From Acidobacteriota bacterium (GTDB taxonomy: Bacteria; Acidobacteriota; UBA890), in assembly GCA_046757445.1 (NCBI GenBank), contig JBHHYG010000003.1:1-36680 (forward strand): 36,680 nt of DNA, written 5' to 3'. The notes below the pieces were generated by a model, which was not told the DNA's origin, did no database searches, and saw only the letters and a list, made by a program, of their open reading frames with translations. The first letter of the stretch is position 1, and each line of letters starts with the position of its first letter. This document shows, in pieces, positions 17,519-27,313 of the stretch. A program made the position numbers and the translations under genes.

Positions 17519-17595
17519 TCGCCCGGCTCTCGAGCCCCTTTTTGCTGCAGCGCCGACGCCGGTGTCTCTTCCTACCGGGAAGCAACCGGGCAGGC

Positions 17596-17970
17596 TCAGC
17601 TACAGCTCAGCCAGTCTCTTCCCTTGTCGTCCAGCGGCACGCGATCCTTGAAGGACTCCCAGGTAAAATGCCTGTGGGTGATGCTGTCCTCGTCGGGAGT
17701 CCAGCACCAGAGCATGTTCGGATCGGGAGACCGGAAATCGACGGTGAAGATGCCCTTGGGCTGCGCGCCCGACTTGAGCACCGTGCGAACCCACTCATTC
17801 AGCGCCCCGCGAGTCTCCTCTTCGAGCTTGGCGCTTTCTTCCTCAGGGCTCAGCCCATAGGTGGCCCTTAGCGCCTGCAACCGGGTTCGTGTGCAGTGCG
17901 TCAGGTCGACGATCTCCGGCAGCGCCTGGTTGGCCTGCTCGAGAGTGAAGATGCGGTAGGGATAGATCAT
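17596..17970 (-). CDS. DUF2203-family protein
   Basis: FTLEQANQALP...VDF...WCW..E..I.H.H....F..R pattern. Alternative start at 18012. Confidence 0.8.
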   Translation of the reverse strand: MIYPYRIFTLEQANQALPEIVDLTHCTRTRLQALRATYGLSPEEESAKLEEETRGALNEWVRTVLKSGAQPKGIFTVDFRSPDPNMLWCWTPDEDSITHRHFTWESFKDRVPLDDKGRDWLSCS

Positions 17971-18370
17971 CGTTCTGTCAGCCGGGTCGCGAGTATGCTC
18001 AGACGTTACCATGACTGGCCGTTGGCGGTATTGAATCCGCGGGGGCGCAGCGTGGGTGGGGGTTTCGTACGATTTTCGCCTGGATGGCCGATTCCCCCTT
18101 CCCTGCCTTCTCCTCCGCTCGGGGAATCTTCCGGAATCCCGCCTTCAACGACCTTGCGGTCTCGGCTCCGGCCACCTATGATTTGGCCGTCTGAGCTTCT
18201 CAGGGCGAGAGGGGTCAGCCCCCCACACCCGACCCCCCGCCCGAGGGATTCCGGGAGCCACCCACCGCCCACCCCACCGGAATCCCTACGTCTGTGGTCC
18301 GACCACCTCTCCACTGAGTGGTAGAGTCCTCGACCTGGAGCCATGCACCCGTTCAGCGGAGAAGCCCGTC

Positions 18371-19498
18371 ATGAGTTTCGAGATCTTCACGATGGAGCGC
18401 TGGCAGTCGACCTATGAACACGAGGTTCTGTTCAACCTCTCAGAAAGCGGGGTCGAACCACTGACGATCGGAGAGTTGTTACAGCTCAGCAACGTCAGCG
18501 CTGAATCACTCCTCGGAATAGCACTCGAATACAACCACTCGAGAGGCACTCCTCTGCTCCGCGAGCGCATCGCGGCACTCTACCCGGGGGCTTCGCCGGC
18601 CAACGTCCTGGTCACCAACGGCGGTGCCGAAGCCAACTACCTTTTGACCTGGGACCTCCTGGCGGCGGGAGACGAGCTGGTTTTCATGTCGCCCAACTAC
18701 ATGCAGGCCGGCGGCCTGGCGAGGAACTTCGGCGTTTCGTTGCGGGAGTGGCGGCTGCGGGAAGATAACGGCTGGCTGCCCGATCCAGATGCCCTCTCGC
18801 GGCTGGTGAGCGATCGCACCAAAGCGATCCTGGTCACCAATCCCAACAACCCCACCGGCTCGATCCTGCCCGAGGAAACCATGGACGCAGTGGCCGAGGC
18901 CGCCGATCGGGTCGGCGCCTGGATCATTGCCGATGAGATCTACCGCGGCGCCGAGCTGCAAGGGCCCGAGACCCCGACTTTCTGGGGTCGATCCGAGCGC
19001 GTGCTGGTGACGGCGGGCCTGTCCAAGGCCTATGGATTGCCCGGCCTGAGGTTGGGCTGGGCGATCGTGCCGGCGAACCTTGTCGAGGAGCTTTGGGCCC
19101 ACAAGGATTACACCACCATCGCCATGGGAACGATCAGCGATCGTCTGGCCGCGGCCGCCCTGACCGAGGACGTGCGGCCGCGATTGATCGAGCGTACCCG
19201 GTCGATCCTCAATGCCAACTGGCCGATCATGGAGAAGTGGCTGCAAGCCAGGTCCGAGACCTTCAGATGGCACCCCCCCCAAGCCGGGGCCATTGTCTAC
19301 GTTGGCTACGACCTCCCCATCGATTCGCTGGAGCTTGCCGAGCGGCTGCGTACCGAGGTCGATTGTCTAGTCGTCCCGGGCGCCCATTTCGAAATGCAGA
19401 GCTACCTACGCCTCGGGTTCGGCCCTGAAGCGTCGAAGCTGTCCACCGCGCTCGAGCGTTGCGCATCGCTGATCGACGAGCTGCGAATCGCCACCTGA
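18371..19498 (+). CDS. PLP-dependent aminotransferase class I/II
   Basis: NPNNPTG, DEIY and SKAYGLPGLRLGW (PLP Lys) motifs. Confidence 0.93.
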   Translation: MSFEIFTMERWQSTYEHEVLFNLSESGVEPLTIGELLQLSNVSAESLLGIALEYNHSRGTPLLRERIAALYPGASPANVLVTNGGAEANYLLTWDLLAAGDELVFMSPNYMQAGGLARNFGVSLREWRLREDNGWLPDPDALSRLVSDRTKAILVTNPNNPTGSILPEETMDAVAEAADRVGAWIIADEIYRGAELQGPETPTFWGRSERVLVTAGLSKAYGLPGLRLGWAIVPANLVEELWAHKDYTTIAMGTISDRLAAAALTEDVRPRLIERTRSILNANWPIMEKWLQARSETFRWHPPQAGAIVYVGYDLPIDSLELAERLRTEVDCLVVPGAHFEMQSYLRLGFGPEASKLSTALERCASLIDELRIAT

Positions 19499-19516
19499 GC
19501 CCCGAGCACGAACGCC

Positions 19517-20542
19517 ATGCCAAAAAGTCGCGCCTTCTCGGGAATTCAGCCGAGCGGAGAGCTGCACATCGGCAACTACTTCGGCGCCATCCAGAATTGG
19601 GTTCGGCTCCAGGACGAATACGATTGTATCTATTGCGTCGTCGACTACCACGCGGTGACCGACCAGATGGAACGCCAGTTGGCCCGGCGGCCGGCCGGGG
19701 CTGCAGATTCGCTGCCATCCCGCACACTTCGCATGGCCGGCGATCTCATCGCCTGCGGCATCGAGCCGCAGCGATCGATCCTCTTCGTCCAGTCACACGT
19801 TCCGGAGCATACCGAGCTCGCCTGGATCCTCAGCTGCGTGGCCTCCTACGGTGATCTCACCCGCATGACCCAGTTCAAGGACAAGTCGGCACGTTCTTCC
19901 TACGTCAGCGTCGGGTTGTTCAGCTACCCGGTTCTGCAGGCGGCTGACATTCTTCTATACCGAGCCGCAGGCGTTCCCGTCGGTGAGGATCAAGTACAGC
20001 ATCTCGAGCTCGCTCGCCGCATAGGGCGTCGCTTCAACAGCCTGGTGGGCCAGGAGTACTTCCCGGAGGTCGAACCGCTGTTGACCGAGGGCAAGCGGAT
20101 CATGTCGCTGGCCGAGCCCGGGCAGAAGATGAGCAAGAGTCTGGGGCCCAAGCATTACATTGGCCTGATGGAGAACTCACAGCAGAGCCGCAAGAAAATC
20201 CGCGCCGCCGTCACCGACACGGGGTTGCAAGCTGGCCAGGCGATGAGCCCGGGTGTGGCGAATCTCTTCGCCTTGTTGCGTCTGAGCGCCCCCGCGGATC
20301 TCGTCGACAAGCTGCAACAACAGCATGTCGCGGGCAAGCTCCGCTACGGTGATCTGAAGGAGACCGTTGGCGAGCAGCTGACGGCATCGTTGCGGCCGAT
20401 TCGTGAGCGCCGGGCGGCGCTCACCGATGCCGAGATCTTGCGCGTATTGACCGATGGTGCCGGTCGGGCGCGCGCCATCGCCGTACAGACCATGCAGGAG
20501 GTGCGGGCGCTGATCGGCGTCGGCGCCGCCAGGCTCGACTAG
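19517..20542 (+). CDS. trpS: Tryptophan--tRNA ligase
   Basis: SGIQPSG, HIGN, YPVLQAADIL, VPVGEDQ and KMSKS motifs. Confidence 0.97.
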   Translation: MPKSRAFSGIQPSGELHIGNYFGAIQNWVRLQDEYDCIYCVVDYHAVTDQMERQLARRPAGAADSLPSRTLRMAGDLIACGIEPQRSILFVQSHVPEHTELAWILSCVASYGDLTRMTQFKDKSARSSYVSVGLFSYPVLQAADILLYRAAGVPVGEDQVQHLELARRIGRRFNSLVGQEYFPEVEPLLTEGKRIMSLAEPGQKMSKSLGPKHYIGLMENSQQSRKKIRAAVTDTGLQAGQAMSPGVANLFALLRLSAPADLVDKLQQQHVAGKLRYGDLKETVGEQLTASLRPIRERRAALTDAEILRVLTDGAGRARAIAVQTMQEVRALIGVGAARLD

Positions 20543-20588
20543 CTCGCATTTCTCAACGGCTCGCGGCCCGTTGAGAAATGCGAGCTGG
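20539..20588. repeat. Internally deleted 50-bp MITE-like hairpin (copy 3), possible bidirectional terminator
   Basis: CTAGCTCGCATTTCTCAACGG-ctcgcggc-CCGTTGAGAAATGCGAGCTGG lies between convergent genes. Confidence 0.88.
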
Positions 20589-20590
20589 GT

Positions 20591-21115
20591 TCAAAAGGCA
20601 TCGCCGAACGTTCCGATCTCGATCAGCGGCTGTCGCCACAGCTGCGGCAACATCTCCGGATTGATGATACGGCTGATTTCCTCGGAGGGGCCGTCGGCGT
20701 GAACCACTCGAAATCGCAGCCGTAACTCCCCGTCCGGCGCGAAGAGTTGGTCGGGAGAGTAGGCTACCAAGTAATCGGCGGTCGGGTGAGTACACGGCTT
20801 TTTGCACAGAAACAGGCCTGCCGCGAGTGTCTGTCCGAAGGTAACTCGCTGCAGGAGGTAACGGTCGATGGTCGCCGTTCCCTGGCCGACTTCCACTTCT
20901 TGGGCGGCGCCGATTTCCAACAGCTGCGCAGAACTTTCTCCAGCTCTGACGTGGATGCTGATCGCTCGCGATTGTACATCGGTCGTATTGAGCTGCAACG
21001 ATCCCCCACTGAGAGGCGAGAAGCCACTGCATGCGGCGGCTAGACAGGCGACCAGGCAGATGGTTCTCCTGCGGATCGACATTCGTCGCTGGGGCCCGCC
21101 CCTACTCCCGTTCAT
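20591..21115 (-). CDS. Hypothetical exported protein/lipoprotein
   Basis: Basic N-terminus, hydrophobic stretch and lipobox-like LAAAC. GGAAGC-type RBS. Start uncertain. Confidence 0.6.
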   Translation of the reverse strand: MNGSRGGPQRRMSIRRRTICLVACLAAACSGFSPLSGGSLQLNTTDVQSRAISIHVRAGESSAQLLEIGAAQEVEVGQGTATIDRYLLQRVTFGQTLAAGLFLCKKPCTHPTADYLVAYSPDQLFAPDGELRLRFRVVHADGPSEEISRIINPEMLPQLWRQPLIEIGTFGDAF

Positions 21116-21210
21116 GCTGGCTTCCTTTCCACTAGCGGCTGCTCGGCCACTGTACAACGGTCCGCTATCGCGGCAAAGTCGATACTCTGGAAGCTCCGGC
21201 TCACGCCGCC

Positions 21211-24054
21211 TCAACCGGCCTGCGGTAACCGGCAGGCCACCTCGACGAGCTCGACAACTTCGCGGCGCAAGCGTTCATTGAGCGCCGATGCCGACTCGGC
21301 GCCACCGTCGTCCCCAAGCGGCCACAGTGGCTTTCCAAACGCTACTGCCACCGGGTGAGGTTGCAACTTACCACCGCGCGGCCACATCTCGTAAGTACCC
21401 CACAGGCCCGCCGGCACCAGGGGCGCTTGAAGCTGGCGGGCGAGAATGCTCGCTCCGCGTCGAAACTCCTTGATCTTGCCGTCGATCGACCGCCCCCCCT
21501 CGGGAAAGATCACCAGCACCATGCCCCGCCTCAAGCCTTCGGCGGCTGCCTGCAGCGCCTTCTCCAAGTGACGATTGGGATCGATGGGGATGTTTCGCAC
21601 CCAGCGCGACAAGCGGCGCCCGGCCCAGCCCTCGAAGTACTCGCTGTAGCCAACGAAGAAGCAGCGGCGGAACACCCGCATAGGCAAGGCCATGGCCAAG
21701 ATGAAGGGATCGAAATAGCTGAAATGGTTGGCGCAGATCAGAAACGGGTAGCGTTTCGGCAGATTCTGTTGCCCGCTCGAGCAATAGCCGGAGAGTAGCC
21801 GCAAGCCTAGGCGCGTGCCGCGCGACAACGCCCATAGGGCCGGTTCGGCGACAGGCCGTCGGCCCAGGTACAGGTCCAACTTCTCGGCATGTTCTGCCAG
21901 AATGTGAGACCAGTGATCCCGGTCCGAGCCCAGGACCTCCGCCCGCCTGATCTCCGGCAGCTTCTCCTGCAGAGCATCGAGAATCTCGCCCACGGTATGT
22001 AGCTCTGCAGCCGTTTCATCGCCCAAGGAGACGCCCAGCGATTCCTGCAATTCCGCAAACAGCTCGATGCGATCCAGCGATTCCAGGCCGAGATCCAGAT
22101 CCAGGTGATTCTCCCTCCGTACGCTGTCGGTTTTGGCGTGACGGGCGATGGTTGCACGCACCCGAGCCATCCAATCCGGCTCAGCCTCCAGCGGCTTCAC
22201 AGACGAACCTGCCTGTTGTTTCGCGGCCGGTGGCCCGCCGATCTGATCATCCGCTGCCTGTTGGTCGGAGCGCTGGCCCTGCTGTCTTGAATCCTCGACC
22301 TCCTCGACAACCTGGAAACGCCTGATCTTCCGCGTCGTGGTTCGAGGAAGAGGCTCGGTACGCACCTCGAGGCTGGTGAGGCGTTGCCAGCTCGGCAGCA
22401 CAATGCTGCGGCTGTCGAGCTCCCACTTGATCATGTCGCGGATATTGACGTACCCACGGCGGCGGGCAGCGACCATGTCCGGCACCACGACTCCGTGAAG
22501 CCGCTCACCCAGTCCACCTGCATCCGGGACACCAACGATGCAGATCTCCTCGATCAGCTCGCATTGGCCATAGAAGCCCTCCAGTTCTTCGGGATAGACA
22601 TTCTTGCCCGAGGCCAGGACGATCACGTCCTTGACGCGGCCGGTGATCTGCAGATGGCCGTCGCCGAGCAGACGTCCCAGGTCTCCGGTCCGCAGCCAAC
22701 CATCGACGAGGGCTGCTTCCGTGGCTGTGGGGTTGTTGAAATAACCATCCATGAGGTTGGGCCCCCGCGCCCAGACCTCGCCGATGCCCTCTTCGTTAGG
22801 GTCGTGAATCGAGAGCTCCACCCCCGAGATCGGCGGTCCCACCGTATCCCCGCGCAACTGGTCCAGTGGTGTGATGGTCAACACAGCGGTCGCTTCGGTG
22901 AGGCCGTAACCCTGGGCGAGGGTGAAACCCCAATCCAGAAACTGTTCGAAGATTTCGGCATTCATCTTGGCGCCGCCGGTGACGAATAGACGCATGCGCT
23001 TGCCGAAGGGCCGGTGGGCGGCTCGCAGCAGCTTGCGTCCGAGGTTGATGCCGAGTCGCCTGCGGGTGAACCGCGAAACCGCCAGTAGCTTTTTGGCCAC
23101 AGCACGTCGCACCGGGCTCAGCTGCTCGAGGCCACTGACCAGCTGCTCATGGAAGCGGTAAAAGAAGGCCGGCACGCAGACGAAGACACTGATCCGGTGG
23201 CGGCGGACGGCGGCGATGATGCTGGCGGCGGTGAGCTCGGAGAGAAACACGACCCTCGCACCCAGGTACATCGGCCCCAGGCAGTTGGCGATCAACGGCA
23301 GAACGTGAAACAGAGGAAGCACGGCGAGGAGTCGATCGGAGGCCGAAAAGCGAATGACCTTCAGCGCCGCCTCGATGTTCTCGACCGCCGCGGAGCGGCG
23401 GATCATCACGCCCTTGGGATCGCCGGTGGTCCCCGAGGTATACAGGATGCTGCCGAGGCCATCGGGCGACACACGAGGAGCCCAGCCGGCATCGGGCTCC
23501 ACGGGGTGGTCGCTGACGAAATCCTGTAGCGCGGCGATCGGCAGTGACGTATCGAGGGGACGGTCGGGGACCTCCGGGCGGCCGAACCGGCCAGCCGCCT
23601 CTCCCCTCAGGGCCCCGTCCCAGCACTCCTCGTTGCTGCCGTTCACGGTGAGGATGAACGGTGGCTTCTCGAGGCTCCTGCAGGCCTCATCGAGCTTGTC
23701 GAGCAGGCTCGATGAAGTGACACAGGCGACCGCACCCGAGTGCTGGAACAGACGGCCCAGCGCTCCCGGCTCTGTCTGCGGATCGAGCGGCACGGTGACC
23801 CCGCCGGCGTACCAGATCGACAGGTAGGCCACCGGCCAGGCCGGCCGGTTCTCCATGCAGATCGCCACGCGCGAACCATCGCCCAGCCCCGTGGCGTGGA
23901 GCGCCTGGCCGAATCGGCGCACCCGTTCGATCAGCTCTCCATACGAGAGAACTCGGCTGGAGTTGCCCTGCGCCAGCTCGAAGGCGACGTTGTCGGGAGC
24001 GCCCCGGGCGCGAGCAAAGACGGTGTCAAGGTAGTTCCCTCCGCTAATGCTCAT
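21211..24054 (-). CDS. Tri-domain acyl-AMP/CoA ligase - acyl carrier - PlsC-type acyltransferase
   Basis: YTSGTTGDPKG, QGYGLTE and TGDLG; carrier motif DLGLESL; NHFSYFD and FPEGGRS. Confidence 0.92.
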   Translation of the reverse strand: MSISGGNYLDTVFARARGAPDNVAFELAQGNSSRVLSYGELIERVRRFGQALHATGLGDGSRVAICMENRPAWPVAYLSIWYAGGVTVPLDPQTEPGALGRLFQHSGAVACVTSSSLLDKLDEACRSLEKPPFILTVNGSNEECWDGALRGEAAGRFGRPEVPDRPLDTSLPIAALQDFVSDHPVEPDAGWAPRVSPDGLGSILYTSGTTGDPKGVMIRRSAAVENIEAALKVIRFSASDRLLAVLPLFHVLPLIANCLGPMYLGARVVFLSELTAASIIAAVRRHRISVFVCVPAFFYRFHEQLVSGLEQLSPVRRAVAKKLLAVSRFTRRRLGINLGRKLLRAAHRPFGKRMRLFVTGGAKMNAEIFEQFLDWGFTLAQGYGLTEATAVLTITPLDQLRGDTVGPPISGVELSIHDPNEEGIGEVWARGPNLMDGYFNNPTATEAALVDGWLRTGDLGRLLGDGHLQITGRVKDVIVLASGKNVYPEELEGFYGQCELIEEICIVGVPDAGGLGERLHGVVVPDMVAARRRGYVNIRDMIKWELDSRSIVLPSWQRLTSLEVRTEPLPRTTTRKIRRFQVVEEVEDSRQQGQRSDQQAADDQIGGPPAAKQQAGSSVKPLEAEPDWMARVRATIARHAKTDSVRRENHLDLDLGLESLDRIELFAELQESLGVSLGDETAAELHTVGEILDALQEKLPEIRRAEVLGSDRDHWSHILAEHAEKLDLYLGRRPVAEPALWALSRGTRLGLRLLSGYCSSGQQNLPKRYPFLICANHFSYFDPFILAMALPMRVFRRCFFVGYSEYFEGWAGRRLSRWVRNIPIDPNRHLEKALQAAAEGLRRGMVLVIFPEGGRSIDGKIKEFRRGASILARQLQAPLVPAGLWGTYEMWPRGGKLQPHPVAVAFGKPLWPLGDDGGAESASALNERLRREVVELVEVACRLPQAG

Positions 24055-24134
24055 GCCACCTGCAGTATACCGCGAGGCACAAGCCCGGGATCCCGGCTTA
24101 GTTCAGTGACAGCCAGGGAACGCCAGGAAGGCCC

Positions 24135-24776
24135 TCAGGCAGCATTCTTGCCCTGGACATATCGCTCTTCGTACCTCCTCACCGTCCACTCTCTCTCGGG
24201 GAGAGTCCCCTGGACCGCATCGAGGCCCACAGCTCGATCGAGCCAGTCGCGCAGAGCCGGTCGCTGGTCGATGAGTTCAGCTATCGGCGTATACCTTCGT
24301 AGCCAATCCATGCGCGCCCAAAAAGAAGCCAGATGGAAGGCCAACAAGCACTCGACCTCTGCACCCATCGTCTGGAGGGTCAGGTTGAGCTCGTCGAGCT
24401 CCCCCTCCACCTTCCGGCGCCGCTCGTCGTCGAAGCTCTCCGGCTTCATCAGCGACTCGTAGAAGGCCGGCAGGACCACCGCATCCCATTGTTTCATGGC
24501 CAGCTTCTGACGCGCACAGAGCCGCGGATCGCTCGAGTAGGCCGGCCCCCAGCCCTGCTTGTCGGCCAGATAATCGTTGATGACCTGCGACTCGTAGAGC
24601 TTGAAATCGCCGTCCAGCAACATCGGTACCTTGCCTGTCGGGGAGATCTCGAGGAATCGGGGATCACGCTCTCGCAAGTCGATCTCGTGAACCTCGAATG
24701 GCTCTCCCAGGTGCGTCAGCAGCGCCCTGGTTCGCTGCGCGAAGGGGCATACCTCGGCGCTGTAGATCTGCAACAT
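24135..24776 (-). CDS. Glutathione S-transferase family protein
   Basis: CPFAQR, SPTGKVP and LYESQVINDYL motifs. GGAG RBS. Confidence 0.9.
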   Translation of the reverse strand: MLQIYSAEVCPFAQRTRALLTHLGEPFEVHEIDLRERDPRFLEISPTGKVPMLLDGDFKLYESQVINDYLADKQGWGPAYSSDPRLCARQKLAMKQWDAVVLPAFYESLMKPESFDDERRRKVEGELDELNLTLQTMGAEVECLLAFHLASFWARMDWLRRYTPIAELIDQRPALRDWLDRAVGLDAVQGTLPEREWTVRRYEERYVQGKNAA

Positions 24777-24904
24777 CAGGTTTTCCTCCCTACGGTGTGG
24801 CCGGTTCGCTCTCGTTCCCGCACGAAGTCGGTGGCACGCTCGACCTTGGTATGATACACGCGGTCGCCAAGATCCCCCAAGCAGCTTCACCGCGAAGGAT
24901 TGTG

Positions 24905-25732
24905 ATGAGCGCCAGGAAACGGCGGGGCAAGGCCGCGAAATCCACCGCCCTCGATCTCGATAAGTACCAGATGTACCAGCTCTCGGTGCAGGAGCCCGAG
25001 GCCGACATCGACTTCATCCACCAGGTCTTCCGGCATCATTACGGACGCTTCCCCCGGCTCCTACGGGAAGATTTCTGCGGCACCGCCTATCTCGCCTGCC
25101 AATGGGTCACGACCCACGAGGGCAACCTGGCCTGGGGGATCGACCTCGACGACGAGCCACTCTCCTGGGGACGCGCCCACAACGTCAGCAAGTTGACCCC
25201 GCAGCAGCAGGAGCGGTTGTCGCTGGTGCAGGGTGACGTTCTCGAGGTTCGCCACCAGGCGGTCGACGTGGTGGCCGCCTTCAACTTCTCCTTCTTCACC
25301 TTCCAAACTCGCAGGGCGCTGTTGCGCTACTTCGAAACGGCCCGTGGCAACCTCAGGGAGGAAGGGCTCCTCCTCCTCGACCTCTACGGCGGCCCCGAGG
25401 CGCAGGAACTGGTCGAGGACACCACCGAATACGACGATTTCGGCTACGTCTGGGACCAAGACGAGTTCGACGCGGTCAACAACCGCACCGTCTGCTACAT
25501 CCACTTCGATTTGCCTGACGGTCAGCGCATGGAGAGAGCCTTCAGCTATGACTGGCGTCTGTGGACCATCCCGGAGCTGAGAGAGGCGCTGATCGATGCC
25601 GGCTTCTCGGCCACCGAAGTGTACTGGGAAGGTACCGAGGAAGACACGGGCGAAGGCGATGGAGAGTTCACCCTGACCGAGAGCGCCGAGAACAGCGAAT
25701 CCTGGATCGCCTACCTGGTGGCCATCAAGTAA
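24905..25732 (+). CDS. Class I SAM-dependent methyltransferase-like protein
   Basis: LREDFCGTA motif I variant, GIDLD and GDV. TGgTATGAT at 24847-24855 upstream. Confidence 0.85.
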   Translation: MSARKRRGKAAKSTALDLDKYQMYQLSVQEPEADIDFIHQVFRHHYGRFPRLLREDFCGTAYLACQWVTTHEGNLAWGIDLDDEPLSWGRAHNVSKLTPQQQERLSLVQGDVLEVRHQAVDVVAAFNFSFFTFQTRRALLRYFETARGNLREEGLLLLDLYGGPEAQELVEDTTEYDDFGYVWDQDEFDAVNNRTVCYIHFDLPDGQRMERAFSYDWRLWTIPELREALIDAGFSATEVYWEGTEEDTGEGDGEFTLTESAENSESWIAYLVAIK

Positions 25733-25848
25733 TCGCTACCAGAAGCTCATGGGCCAGTAGAAACTTTCCAGTCGACTGAAGCAAAATGCCAAGTAGAGAG
25801 CAAGCCCCGGCCGGGCGGTAATGCGGCCCGGCGCCACACCTTCGAGTC

Positions 25849-26481
25849 GTGGAGAGAACCATCGTGCACACCCTGCGGTCCCTGTCCGTAGCACTCACCT
25901 TCACCGCGCTGGGATTCACCCTATGGCTGCTCGCGTCGGCTGGCTCTTCCATTCCTGACTTTACCTCCTCGCGCACGGTCTCTCTCGATGCACCTCGCGC
26001 TGCCGCGGACTTCACTCTAGCGGATCTGGATGGTGGTTCGCTTTCCTCCACCAGCCTCAAGGGCGATATCGTCGTCCTCGACTTCTGGGCCTCCTGGTGC
26101 CAGCCCTGCCTGAGCGAAATCAGCCACTACAACCAGCTCTACGAGCAGTACAAGGATCAAGGTGTTCATCTCATCGGGGTAACCCTGCAGTCGGGCAACG
26201 CCGCCAGCGTATCCGCCTTTGCCGCCACCGAGCCGCACCGCATCACCTACCCGCTGGTCCTCGGCAACGATAAAATTGTCGACACCTACGGGCCCATCCG
26301 CGGCTTTCCAACCACGATGCTCATCGGCCCCGACTGGAAAGTGCGAAAGAGCTGGATCGGTGCCGGCGCCGGTAAGCAGGCCGAGCTGCGCCAGCTCATC
26401 GAGCAGCTCCTCGCCGCCCCGCTTGCAACAAATGCCCAGGCCGGGATTCGAACCCGGAAGGCCGAAGCCAGAGGATTTTAA
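25849..26481 (+). CDS. TlpA/ResA-like thiol-disulfide oxidoreductase
   Basis: N-terminal TM, LDFWASWCQPC and the cis-Pro loop GFPTT. Confidence 0.92.
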   Translation: MERTIVHTLRSLSVALTFTALGFTLWLLASAGSSIPDFTSSRTVSLDAPRAAADFTLADLDGGSLSSTSLKGDIVVLDFWASWCQPCLSEISHYNQLYEQYKDQGVHLIGVTLQSGNAASVSAFAATEPHRITYPLVLGNDKIVDTYGPIRGFPTTMLIGPDWKVRKSWIGAGAGKQAELRQLIEQLLAAPLATNAQAGIRTRKAEARGF

Positions 26482-26514
26482 GTCCTCCGCGTATGCCAGT
26501 TCCGCCACCTGGGC
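26433..26514 (-). tRNA. tRNA-Leu(TAA)
   Basis: GCCCAGG acceptor stem, GAGGA-CTTAAAA-TCCTC anticodon arm, long variable arm and GGTTCGAATCC. CCA not encoded. Confidence 0.97.
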
Positions 26515-26534
26515 CCGGAGGGTCGCAGGAAGCC

Positions 26535-26571
26535 GTTGCGAGCGCCCCTACGCTACGGGCGCCTCCGCAAC
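26535..26571. terminator. GC-rich hairpin between phoU and tRNA-Leu (terminator or processing stem)
   Basis: GTTGCG-a-GCGCCC-loop-GGGCGC-ctc-CGCAAC. No clear U-tract. Confidence 0.35.
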
Positions 26572-26586
26572 CTGCCAAGACCGACC

Positions 26587-27288
26587 TTAGTCTTCCGCGT
26601 AGTCCGACTCCATCCCCGGCAGCAAGTCCTCGTCGAAGTAGTCGAGCTTGTGCAGCGGCATGATGACGCTGGAGAGAATGTTGAGGACGTGGGCCTCGAT
26701 GCGCTTGTAGAAGCGTGCCCCGACGCCCACCTTCACCGCCACCGCCGCCGAGAACTCGGAGCTGGCCGTCTTGATCACCAGGTCGTCACAACGCCTGGAG
26801 ATATTGCGACCCTCGCGGATGAGATTGGCGGCGCGGGCGCTGTCGGAGGTCACAAAGACCTGTTCGGCATTGTCGGCGAAGCCCTCGACCACGGTGCGGA
26901 TCTCCATGAGCTCTTGAATCAGGGGGTGATCAGGCAGCGGCTCGGAGACCAGATCGGCGATATCGACGAGGTTCTTGGCATAGTCGCCGACGCGCTCGAC
27001 ATCCTTGACCAGGCTCATCATCATCAGGCAGTAAGGCACGTCGCGCGGTGCATGCACCGCCAGGTGGGTGGCGATGCGCCGACGGATTGCGCGCTCCAGC
27101 TTGTTGACCTCGAGGTCCCGACGGTAGAGGGCTTCCCGCTGCTCGGGCTGATCCCCTTTTTTGTCCCAGTAGATGATGTTGGCCTCGAGCACCATTTCCC
27201 GGGCGATCTGCAGCATGCGGGTAAAATCCACCGATGTCTCCTTCAGAGGGCTGTCCCCCTTGAAGATCGAAAGCAGTTCCTTGAGCAT
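26587..27288 (-). CDS. PhoU-domain protein
   Basis: RDLEVNKLERAIRR and KDVERVGDYAKN PhoU repeats. Lies downstream of the Na/Pi cotransporter. Confidence 0.88.
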   Translation of the reverse strand: MLKELLSIFKGDSPLKETSVDFTRMLQIAREMVLEANIIYWDKKGDQPEQREALYRRDLEVNKLERAIRRRIATHLAVHAPRDVPYCLMMMSLVKDVERVGDYAKNLVDIADLVSEPLPDHPLIQELMEIRTVVEGFADNAEQVFVTSDSARAANLIREGRNISRRCDDLVIKTASSEFSAAVAVKVGVGARFYKRIEAHVLNILSSVIMPLHKLDYFDEDLLPGMESDYAED

Positions 27289-27313
27289 CGTCAACCTCCT
27301 ATCGAGGAGCCTA

